Of a stretch of DNA of 64,000 nucleotides, positions 38,501 to 50,500 are shown piece after piece. Below the pieces are notes generated by a model that did not search any database, was not told the origin of the DNA, and worked only from the letters and a program-made list of their open reading frames with translations. Position 1 is the first letter of the stretch. Each line of letters begins with the position of its first letter. The position numbers and the translations under genes are program-made. This DNA comes from Isurus oxyrinchus (taxonomy: Eukaryota): contig JANJGN010000029.1 of the NCBI GenBank assembly GCA_026770705.1, positions 28,086,001 to 28,150,000 of the forward strand, given 5' to 3'.

Positions 38501-41500
38501 AGATGTGCTAATCATATAAAGGCCAAGGAGAGGATGCAGAAGAGGGTTAATAGAATGGTACAAGGGATGAGGGGCTTCAGTTATGTGGAGAGACTGGAGA
38601 AGCTGGGATTGTGAAAGTCAAGAGGAGATCTGATAGAGAAATAAGGAGAAGCAGTTTTCAGTGGTCGAAGGGTTGATAACCAGAGGTCACAGATTTAAAG
38701 TGATGAGAAAAAGAACCAGAGGTGAGATGTGGAACCTTTCTTTTGAAACAAAGCAATTAGCTATGATCTGGAATGCACCGTCTGTAACGGCAGTGGAAGC
38801 AGATTCAGTCGTGACTTTCAAAAGGGAGTTAGATAAGTACTTGATGGGGAAAACATGACAGGGCCACTGGTAAGGAGCAGGGGTATGAGACCAGTTGGAT
38901 AGCTCTACCAAAGAGCCACATATGAACATATAAATTAGGAGCAGGAGTAGGCCATTTGGCCCCTCGAGCCCACTCTACCATTCAATAACATCATTCCTGA
39001 TCTGTTTGCGGTCTTAACTCCACATTCCACCTAGCCCATAACCTTTGGCACAACGGGATGGGCCGAATAGCCTCTTTCTATACTGTATCATTCTAAGCAT
39101 CATAAAGGGAAGAGCATCATCAGTTACTGGAGAGGGGCTAGGTGTATGTTGTTTTCCTAGTTTCTTTGCTTCTATGTTTGATCTATTTTGCCATCACAAT
39201 ATCATTTCAGATAACATAGGATCATGGCTTCCCAGAGTGCTTCTCCACAAGTTTTGGACAATTACACCAGTCTGTCTGCAGCACTCATGAGCTGGATGTG
39301 AGCCTTCACTCTTCACAGCCGTGTACCATCACCTCCATTGAAAATGCTATTCTAGCATTCTCCGTCTCTCATTAAATAGGTCCTATCGTTATCCCTCACT
39401 TTACAGCAGCCCATTGTGGCCCAGCTTCCACTTCCTCGTCAACTTTCCTTGTGGAAGTGCCTGGTCTTCACTTAATATCTTTCTCACTGGTCTGGTCAGG
39501 ATGCGCACCTTGCTACGTGGGGGACTGAGGACACACACTCAGACGATCGCACTCTGTGACTCAATGCACTGCAGTTGTAATGGAGTGTCTCCACACAGCC
39601 TGTCCTGTAGCTTGTTCTCTTCAACTAAAAAGAGCCATTGGAAGGCAGACTATGTGTGAAGATCATACGAACATATGAACAAGGAGCTGGAATAGGCCAC
39701 TCATCCTGTCAAGCCTGCTCCACCATTCAGTAAGATCACGGCTGATCTGATTGTAACCTCAATTCCACATTTCCACCTTTCACCTCCTTGTTTATCAAGA
39801 ATCTTTCCACCTCTGCATTAAAAATATTCAAAGACTCTGCTTCCACTGCCTTTTGTGGAAGAGATTTCCAAAGACTCACCACCCTCTGAGAGAAAAAAAA
39901 TCTCCTTATCTCTGTCCTCAATAGGTGACACCTTATATTTAAACAGTGACCCCAGTTCTAGATTCTCCCAAATGAAGAAACATCCTCACCACATCGAACC
40001 TGTCAAGACACCTCAGGATCTTATATGTTTCAACCAAGTCCCTTCTTACTCTCCTAAAGTCTAGTGGATACATGCCTAGCCTGTCCAATCTTTTCTCATA
40101 AGACAATCCACCCATTCCAGACATTAGTCTGGTAATCCTTCTCTGAACAGCTTCCACGAGACCAATTCAGTTTGTTTAGGACTAAGGGCAGAGTTGTTAT
40201 GAGTCTTTTATTGATCTCCATTTAGGAAAAAACCTCACAAACCTTTTATGATCAAAATGGTGCTACTTACACAGGACATGGAGAGTCTCAACCCGTTTTT
40301 TAACAACGGGACTTGTCATTGGCTGTAATTGAAGTTTCATTTCAGCCTCGCAGACGTACTGCTGTCCATCCAGCTGTGCTTGTGCATCTACAGTGTGATA
40401 GATAGTGAGCCCACTACTGCTTGATCCATTCACTAATGTGTCATTTCCGTTCTTCAGTCTGAGTTGAAGTTTGCCCGAGACATTAAACACACTGCAGGTA
40501 ATATTAACTGGGTTTCCTTCAGGGCTGGTTGGTATTTGGATTTCAGGGGCAGAGAAAGCTGTAAAAATATCAGAAAGATATTATTAGAAACATTCCCAAA
40601 GCTTATCTTGCAGCCCCTCAGTGTGACTATAAAAATGAGGCAAAAGCAGGTACGTCGAATGCTTATTGCTCACCATCCACCTCAATGATTACGAAGTGGA
40701 TGTACAAGGCCCCAGGCTAACATGTCTGTAGTTCCCTGTTTTCTCTCTCCCTGCTTTCATAAACAGTCGGGTTACACTTGCTACCTTCCAATCTGCAGGC
40801 ACCATTTCAGAGTCTGCAGATTTTGGAATGATCACCAATGCATCCACTATCCCTACTACAGTCACCTCTTTCAATGTACGAGGATGAAGAGGTCTATGGG
40901 ATATATCAAATTTCAGTCCCATTAATTTCTCCAGTACTACTTTTTTAAAATTCACACTCATTTCTTTCAGTTCTTCATTCTTGCTAGTCTCTTGGTTCTC
41001 TAGTATTCCCAGGAAGTTTTTTGTATCTTCCTCTATGAAAACAGGCACAAAGTATTTGTTTAGTTTCTCTATCATTTCCTTATTCCCCATTACAAATTCT
41101 CTGGTCTCTGTCAGTGATGGGCCCGCATTTGTCTTCGCTAATCTTTTCCTTTTTACATACCTATAGAAGTTTTTACAGTCATTTTTATATATCCCACTAG
41201 TTTCCTTTATCAGTTTACTTTGTCCTCTTCCTTTGATCTAATACAATCATTAACTTCTCTTGTTAATCACAGTTGGATCACCTTTCTTGCTGGGATTTTG
41301 TGCCTCAAAGGAATGTAAATTAGTTGTGAAACTACATTAAAAGGTATGATATGTATAGGCAATGGCTAGCATTTAAAGAATTAATACATGGTTTACAATC
41401 TACCACAGCTAATTTTTCCCTCATACATTCCTAGTTTCCTTTGTTTATATTCAAGACTCTAGTTTCAGATTGAACTAATCACTTTTGAACTTAATGTAAA

Positions 41501-44500
41501 ATTCCTACATATTATGGTCACTTATTAGGGAGATTATTAATTAGCCATTGCACAATACTAGATCTAAAATAGTCTATTCTCCAGTTGGTTTCTCAAATTA
41601 CCATTCTAGAAAACCATCACATAGACATTCCAGGAATTCATCCTCCACAACATTGTCCACTGGATAAAATTAGTTTTATCCAGTCTATATTGAAGTAGAT
41701 TGAAGTCCCCCATGATTATTGTATTACCGTTGTGACATGCACCTCTATTTTCTGTTGTATACTGTGCCTACATTACCACTACTGTTTGGTGGCCTATAAA
41801 CAGCTCCTACCAATGTTTGTCACCCTTGCTGTTTCATAGCTCCACCCAAACTGATTCCACATTTTGATCTTCTGATGAACTTTGGCATCTCCTGATGCCG
41901 TGAAAGGCACTGTATTAATGCAAGTTCCTTCTTTCATTATGTCTGCTGATATTTTGTATTTTCAGTTTTTGATACTGCATTTGTTTATTATTGCAGAAAA
42001 ATTACTGACCAATTTATTTACTGGTAACTGCTCAGAATAAAACATTCTGGACACGTGATCTGTTGTGTCATTAGCCGCTTAATCATTGATCCATGTTACT
42101 TGCCTACGCAACACATATACATTCAGCTACTCCACTGTCTAAGAGTAGGTAGCAATATTTCTTCTAATACCTGTTTAAAGTGATGTAAATCTGACAAGCT
42201 GCGGTTTTGACTATAACAAACTATCAGGATGCTATCTGATTGTAATGACCCCAATAACCAGAATCCTTACCGTACACCTCAATGAAAATGCTATCATTCT
42301 TTGGTGGAACAGATGGATACTCCTCAAAATCCGCTGTACAGGTGACTTCCATCAGACCAGACACCTGTGGTATCCATGCTGTTGTTACCCGGATAGTATT
42401 GGAATTTGGCCTTGTTGGAACTGAATTCAATTCTTCACCATCCTGAGACCATCTTACTCTCATCTTCTCAGCGGGATAGACATTTGTAACCTCACACGTT
42501 AACGTGACTTCTTGCTTCACTTCTAAGGGATTTTTGTCAAGGATTCTAGGCGGATCCATAAAAGCTGCAATACAGACAAGAAATTCACTTCATTTCGATT
42601 TGCTGTGTTGTTTTAGTTCCTAATGGACTGAATGGAAAACTGACCAGTACATCCCAATATACACATCCCAGGAATCTATCACACTTGCTCACTGTGAGAA
42701 AACTAGAGCCATCATCAGGAGGTCACATGCTTTATTTTTGAAATTAACCCTTGCTACTCTTCAGGCAGCCCAAGTATCTAACTTGCTACTTTTGCACCAG
42801 TTACTATGAGTGGTACAGGCTGATATACTCTCTGACTTAGCTTCACTGTGCTCTTTAATTGCATCTGTCTACACTATCCCAGTTGAGACTTGGACTTCAG
42901 TGTGCGTGATTCTGGATATGAATATTTCAAGCTTGTTTTGCTATCCCTGCATCATGGGATGGGCTCACCTGCTCCATGACTATCACCTCTACTGGCCACA
43001 AGGATGTGCAAGGCAGCCAGGTTAATTTCCTTTAGAAATCCCTGTCATTATTAGGAAACCTGTGGCTGCCTTCTGACAAAAACAGGAGAGTGATAATAAT
43101 ATCAGCAAGTGGATTATTCTGGAGATAAACATACTTTGCACCAAAATTTTTTGTTACAATCAAACAGAGGGAAAAGTCTTTTGAACCTAAAGCTCATTCC
43201 AGTCATGGCTTATCTCTCAGTGTCTAGTATCTTTGCATTGCCTGAAAGATTGTTCTGAATAAAGGGTACTTACTTAGCTTCTTACTCTAAAATGATAATC
43301 TTCATGAGGCTGACCTTTAGCATTCCTCTCTCCCTACACTTTGGCTTGATTTTCATTCACCGAAAGAGGTTGGTTGAAGAGGTGGAGGGGCTGGTGTTTG
43401 TTAAGATCAGTGCAGGTGTGCTTTGAAATTAGTGCTCCCGGATAGCATGTACACCTCCAGGGCACACTGCTAAGTTCAATGTGGGGTGCATGGTGGAGAA
43501 GCCAGGAACCCACCTGCCTCCAATTAATTGCCAATTAAGCTCCTTGAGGTGCTGGTGACGGCCAGAACAATTTAGTGTAAGTTAGTGTGCAGCAGCTGTT
43601 GGGTGCAATGCGGGGAGCACAGTCATGTTAGTGGTGAACAAATTTTTTGCAAACAGGGTTTTTGTATCAGTGTGGGTACAGTACATTTTTGTGACAATTT
43701 GTCACTTGTCTGCACCATGATGCTGCTGGCCCTCTGATCTCCTGCCTTCTCTGTTCTGCAAAGCAGCAGAAAGCCCATGGCTGCCATCTGCCTTTGAGGA
43801 TTGTAGTCAGGAGTCAGTTCCCACTTTCTGGAAGGGCTTAGCCTCAGGCTCAATTAAGGAACCTGTATTTGGAGATTGTATTGCAAAGCATATGCAGCAT
43901 GAGGTTGGGATCCGGAACTAATCCAGGCGTTGGGTTCCCAAGCCTGGATTGAAAATCAAGCCTTTGAATCAGGCTGGGTCTTGGATGTCTTTGGATTCAC
44001 GTTATTACAACACTCAGGTTGGTTTGGCAGATCTTGCAAAACGATTGTTGACCCTAGCTTTCAAACTAGGTTTTGCACACTGCCTGGCTGGCTAAAAGAT
44101 GTGCAGATAATTTACATTTACGCCTTGAGCAGATTAGAAGGCTGCATATTTGCAGCATGATCCAAAGTGAGCAATTTTTATCCATCACATTTCTGTGGTA
44201 TGGCTAAAACAGGAACTAATGAGGGGTTTATTACTATACTGTTTCCAATAGATATTTAACCTATTCCCAAAAAGAGAGCATTTCTTGCTCATTTGGAACT
44301 TACAGTAAATATGCAGAGTCACTGAGGAGTTTGTAATTGGTTTTGTGGTGTTGGAACCCAAGTCCACTTCCGCCAAGCAGGTGTACTCCTGTCCATCGTC
44401 TGACAAACTTGCAGTGAAACTGAAGACATTCGTCAATCTTTCATCTTCATCTGGGAAACCTGGTTCTCCTGTGGAATTACTCTGAACAACCTCTCCCCCT

Positions 44501-47500
44501 CTCAGCCATGTGAGTATGAGTTTATTGTTTGGATAGACCCTCGGACCAGTGCACTCCAGACTATATGTTCTGTTAACTTCCAGCACTTCAGGAGGTGGAG
44601 TAATGTTTATCTCTCGATCTGTTAAAAGAGAATCACAGTGAACAGAATGCACTGAAATCAAGTACTTAGTACTCCCTGTTCCTTCTCCTTACACAGTCAG
44701 ATGTATGAGTGGTACAATAAGGATTTACCCCAACAACAAATACCGGAGATTCAATCTCTTTCATTGAAAATTAGTACATTGATCTCTTTTCATTCTGAAT
44801 TCCCAACATCAAAAGTAATTAAATTATTAATTGTAAACAATAACAATTTGCACTTATATAGAGCCTTCAATATAGTAAAACATCCCCAAACCTGACATAA
44901 GAGCGTTTTCAAAAAAATCTGGCAGCAAGTTATATAAGGAGATATTAAAGCAGATGACTAAAAGCTTGGAGATAAGGGTAGATTTTAAGGAGAGTTTTAA
45001 AGGAGGAGAGAGAGAGAGAGAGAGAGACAGAGAGGTTAGGGAGTGATTCCACATCCTAGAACCTTGGCAACTTAAGTCATAGTTGTCAACTCTGGAGTTA
45101 AAATCAGGGGTGCACCAGAGAACAAAATTGGAGCAGTGTAGAGGGCAGGCGGGGTTGTTGGGCTGGTGGAGGTTACAGAGATAGGGAGTGGCGGCATCAT
45201 GGACACTTTTGAATGTTTGTTTCAAAGCAGCCAGCAGTGTATTGGTGAGATAATGAACTGTGGTACTAATGTTCCCACACAGAAAAGAACTAATCACAGA
45301 ATGGAGAGGCTTAAAATGGATTCAAGGTAGGAGGAAGGTGAAAACCAGTGGCAAGTAAATTAGTTTTAGGAAGGAGAATCAGGGGCAGGAACTGGTTTTG
45401 GTGGATCAGTATGCTGACCAACTTGGCTGGTCTTAATTAGAACTATGAGATAAAGCGTGTTAATTACCTTCTTCTATTTCAACCTTCCAGCATTTCAATC
45501 ACCAACAATAGAAATCTACTGAACCAGTAATCTCTATCGCTAAACATTATCTCATTGGATAAAAACAAAACAAAACTGCGGATGCTGGAAATCCAAAACA
45601 AAAACAGAATTACCTGGAAAAACTCAGCAGGTCTGGCAGCATCGGCGGAGAAGAAAAGAGTTGACGTTTCGAGTCCTCATGACCCTTCGACAGAACTTGA
45701 TTTCGAGTCCAAGAAAGAGTTCAACTCTTTCTTGGACTCGAAATCAAGTTCTGTCGAAGGGTCATGAGGACTCGAAACGTCAACTCTTTTCTTCTCCGCC
45801 GATGCTGCCAGATCTGCTGAGTTTTTCCAGGTAATTCTGTTTTTGTTTTATTATCTCATTGGAAGCGTTTTCACTTACTGTAAACAGTGACCACTTTTTT
45901 TGCAGTCTTCTCTTCTCCACACCTCACAAAACATGGCACAGAGATATCCCATGCCTCGACACTTGGGAAAAAGTCAGCTACCCATTTATCACCGTTAGTT
46001 CTGTTAGGATTTATCCCTGATTTATACTCCACCATAATTAATGGCTCAGAATCTTCACATGTTGTACTGCAGTTTGCCCTCAGCGAGTCTCCAAATTCCA
46101 GAGCTGGGGGGTTTGTGTCGATCCAAATTTCAAATCCAGCCAGGCTTGCTGCCAAGAAAACAAACCAAAGTAAATACAGGGGCATGGAACCCATTCAGTG
46201 TAGGACATATTCAGAGTAACTCCCAGAGGTAATACAAAAAACAAGCCTCTCTTTAAAGTAGGAACATATTGTTGCAGCTGATGTTATTCGCTGAGCAAGC
46301 CAAATCCCAGAGGGAGAGCCTTACTGATCATAACTTTTTTTTTGCGTTTTGAAAACAAGGGAAAGAACTACTGACCCCAGAAGCATAGAATCCCAGTAAC
46401 ACCTTTAGGATTTTAAAATTAAAAGATTTATTAACAAGGAGGAAAAAAATTAAGCACAAAAGATTAAAATTACACTTTTGAAACAATCTTACAAAACATC
46501 CCCCCCAATAACTCACTTGGTCAAAACACATAAATAAACTCTTGGCAACAACTCCCTTATACGAGAATCGCAAGGACTTCCATTCTCTGAATGTTCAGCT
46601 GGTGTTCAACCACCACAAACGCATCCTACAGGTCTGCGCACGATTCCCAGTAGGTGTCCATGGTTCCTACATTCTCAGTATGTCTCAGATCCCTGACGTT
46701 GTTCAGGGTCCACAGAGGCTGCAGGTTGGCTCCTCGGGGACAAGGCCTACCCGCAGAGGATGTGGCTGAAGATGCCTGTGCAGCAGCCTCAGACTGCAGC
46801 AGAGAGAAGATGCAGCAAACCATTGGGATGCTGAAGATGAGATTCTGGTGCCTGGACCGTTCTGGTGGAGCCCTGCCTTTCATCCCACAGAGGTTGTCGT
46901 CATCTGCTGCGCCCTCCACAACCCTTGAAGATGAGGATAACGGTGATGAGGCCATTACATTGGCCAGATGAGGCAGGCGTGGTCAGGAGGCCCTCACAGC
47001 TGCTAGATTCATGGAGGATGATGACAACATGCAGTGAGGAGACTCCATAGATCCTCACATTGTATCTGTGAACTTCTGACTCCTGTCTGGCTGATGGCAG
47101 CACACATCACCTTCTGTGATATGGCTCCTGTCATGGAGATGCAGCAAATGCCCATAGTCTCTACATTCCAGGAGGATGATGACAACATGCAGTGGGGAGA
47201 CTCCATAGATCCTCACATAGGTTAAGTAAACGTCTGAATCCTGTCTGGCTGATGCCACCTCGCTTGCGCTCTGTGAACAGGGTCATATCAAGGAAATGCA
47301 GCAGGGAAACTTCTCCTGATCCTATGGCATCCTTTGTGAGCTGAACCCTTCAGGACCACACTGTCACCGGACACAGGTGCTGATGAGATGGAGGGCCAGC
47401 TGCATCTCAAAAGGTGCTGGGAACACACAGAGAAGATGCTGGAACTCCGTGCTGCTGGCTCAGGATATTCTGGCACCAATGATTAGCCCCATCGAGGTGC

Positions 47501-50500
47501 AGGCATGACTGATGTGTCCAGTGACTGTGAAGGCGCATCAGTGTGCTGGGAAGGTTGCACAAAGCACAGGGAAGAGACGGTGGACTGAGACACCTGCCTT
47601 TGTCTTGTGCAAGAACCAAAGTTTCACATCTGAGTGACACAAAAACTGCTTGTCGGAACAAGGAGCCACAGGCAAGGAGGCATTCTTGAGAGTTTATTTA
47701 TTTACAATGTGAACATTATGTATAAGTGATTAACACCGGTGTCCAGGCTGTGCAACTATATCTTCCTGCCGCTACATCTTGGTGCTCCCCCGACATCCAC
47801 AGTGGAGATGTGATGACCTTGATGGGTCTCCTCTGGAGGGCCAAGACCTGGCCTGCTTTTGGGGTCCTGTTGTGTGGCAGTGGTACCCTCCTCGGTCTGT
47901 GGAGATGGAGCTGCTGGGGTCACATGAAGAGAGGATTTGGATGTGCCAGACTCCTAGGGTCACTTGGGTGGATGGCCTCAGAGTGTGCACCTGCTGATCC
48001 TCCTCCCTATGGGTGCCCAACAGCCTCTGGCTGACTCCTTGAGGAGAAGGGTTAGCTGGAGTGAGATTGGGCTGTCCTGCACCCCTCTCGCGTTGACACT
48101 GTTGGAGGCCAACTATGGCGCCAGTGATGGAGTTCAGCCCAAGCAACAGTGCAGGACCAATGTCTTGGACAGCGGACCAAGGTCTTCATGGTGCTGCCTT
48201 TATGCCAGTGTTGACCTCAGTGTGTTGGCACGCCGGCGCTATCACCTCAGCCTGAACGAACTCCTCTATTGTGCCTTGCAATCTGATGAGGCAGCGGTCA
48301 TCCTGTCCTGACGTTCCCGAGCTCTGGACCAAGTTCAGAGCCTTCTCATCTGACTCGAACTCAACAGATTCCTGGCCTCCAGCAGACCTCTGAATGCCAG
48401 ACACTGGGAAATCCCTGTTGCCTCCTGCTGTGGATCAGGCAGTGTGATGTGCTCACCAGATTGTGAACCCCAAGGCTACTTCAGACCTAGGTCCCACTCC
48501 CTTCTCTGCACTGGTGGAGGGTGTGGGTGAGCGCTGTGATGGGTCTTCATTTAGGGTGTCATCAGTTGCTTCTTCTGAGATGTCTTCGGGGCTTGACTGG
48601 GTTGTGGACCCCCTCAGCTGATTCCCAGATGTGCCTGTGAAAGCAAGGAGAGATAATTAGTGCATGGCAGGAGACTGCGGAACAGGGGAAGTGACTAACA
48701 GCATGGTTGTCTGATGGATGTTGTACTGCTGGATCCTCATTTGCTTGAGCACCACAGACATCACCGTCAGCACAGGAATGGTCCAGATCATCATCGTCCA
48801 GCTGGATTACTCTATTTTCAAAGTCCATGGGGCCCTTCCTTTCAGGCAGCCCTCCACCATTCTGTGACCTCTCCCTTTTGTTGTGCGTCAGCTTGTCCTG
48901 CATGAATACAGATGGAAAGAATGTAAGCAGGACACCTACCAGGCCAGATGATAAGGATGCCTGGCATGTGTGGGTGGTGCCATGGAAGGGATGAGGACAT
49001 GATCCACAGAGCAAATGAAGATGTGTCTGTGAAAGTGTGAATGGTGATGTCCCTTGAACTGGCAGTGAATGAGATCCCTGTGGATGTGGGATGGGTTTGA
49101 AAGAGTGTGAGTTGAGAGTGATGAGAAGAGTGACTTACTCTGGCAGAATGGAGATCATTCATCCTCTTTTGGCACAGGGTGACTGTCCTCTTTAGCAGGG
49201 CATTGGCGCCCACCGCTGCCGCCTTCAATGCTGGATTTGTCACCTTGCTTGGTGGTCTTCACCCAAAGCAGGAGTAGAGAACTCCATGACGGGCCTCCAA
49301 TGTTTCCAGTAGGTGCACAAGGGAGGCACTGCTAAATCTGGGGCTGCATGTTTCCTCCCTTTGGCAGCCATCAGTTCCTAGCAGCTTCGTGTCCCTTGAG
49401 GGGTGCTAGGGGTGGCCTTTAAATATGGCTCCTGGTTTACTGAAGGCCTGCCAGCGACCCAGCATATTTCCCAGGAATGCATAATTAATGAGGCAGGAAA
49501 GGGGCGATACAGCGTGAAAAGCTGCCATTGCGGCTGGTGGGTAAAACATCCTTTCTCCCACCTGCTAGCATATTTAGAGCAAATCTGGGACGATACCGCC
49601 CTCAGACTTATTGGCTGGCATATTTGGTGGAGACTGAAGTCCCATCGCAGGGGCCAAACACCCAACCTGCACCCCACCCCCCCGCAGCCCCCCCTCCCCT
49701 CCAGGGCAGTGGGCCCCTGGGGTTGCATTTTGTTGGTGGCGGTCATTTGACAATTAACCACCGGAGTTACCATCGAATTGCGGCCCACCCCCAAGAGCTG
49801 ACAGCAAAATGCCACCCCAGGCAGTTGCCACCCTCAATGCCATTGCCTCAAAGGCATGTAAGATTCTCTGGAGAAGCTGGGATCAGGCAGGCAGGCCCTG
49901 AAAATTGGGAAGGTTGGGGAAGAAGGCCATCATGGCAGGGGAGTCATTGCCTCAGGGAGTACCCTCCATGGGCAATGGAGCAACTTTTAAGGAGTTTCAC
50001 CCCTCCCCGTCACCTGTAAGACCCGTGAGGGAGGGAAGTGGCCCTTAATTTGGCCATTAAGTGGCTCAGTTGGTCACTTCTGCCTGTCATGAACAATATG
50101 CCATGGCAGCAAGAAGATTTTGGGCTCCCCTCCTTACTGTGCCATATTGCCAGCCCTCTCGCCTCCCTGCCTGTTGCCATAGGACTGGGAAAATTTAGCC
50201 CTATACCTCAGTGCGGATTTTTCAATATGACCGGTTAAGGAGACACACATTTGCTTGCCTTAAAAACATCAGTCTTTGATCCCCTGTAGAGGACATAGTG
50301 CTATTTTTGTTTTCCAAAAACCACAACCTCCAGAGCAAGCGCTGCTAGAAAGTGTAAGTGTTGTACATGACTAGTACTCTCGATTCACCACTAAGAACAA
50401 AATCTGAACCATTGTGTGCAAGTTATTTCCTTCCACATCCCTATCCTGATGGTGATATTGCAATATTGTGAGTGACAGCACATTATTTCACACAAATATC

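Larger units (their letters stand above)
45560..45849. mobile_element. Palindromic Penelope 3'-end/hammerhead insertion
   Basis: 127-bp arms (45595-45721 and 45723-45849) with one mismatch; 14-bp TSD ATTATCTCATTGGA (45546-45559 and 45850-45863). Confidence 0.93.

Noticed and set aside
39400-39630. Possible extra exon after a ctttttag acceptor in intron 5
   Set aside because: The phase-1 frame stops after about 26 codons, has no Ig motifs, and exons 5 and 6 already join as LHVLYAP.
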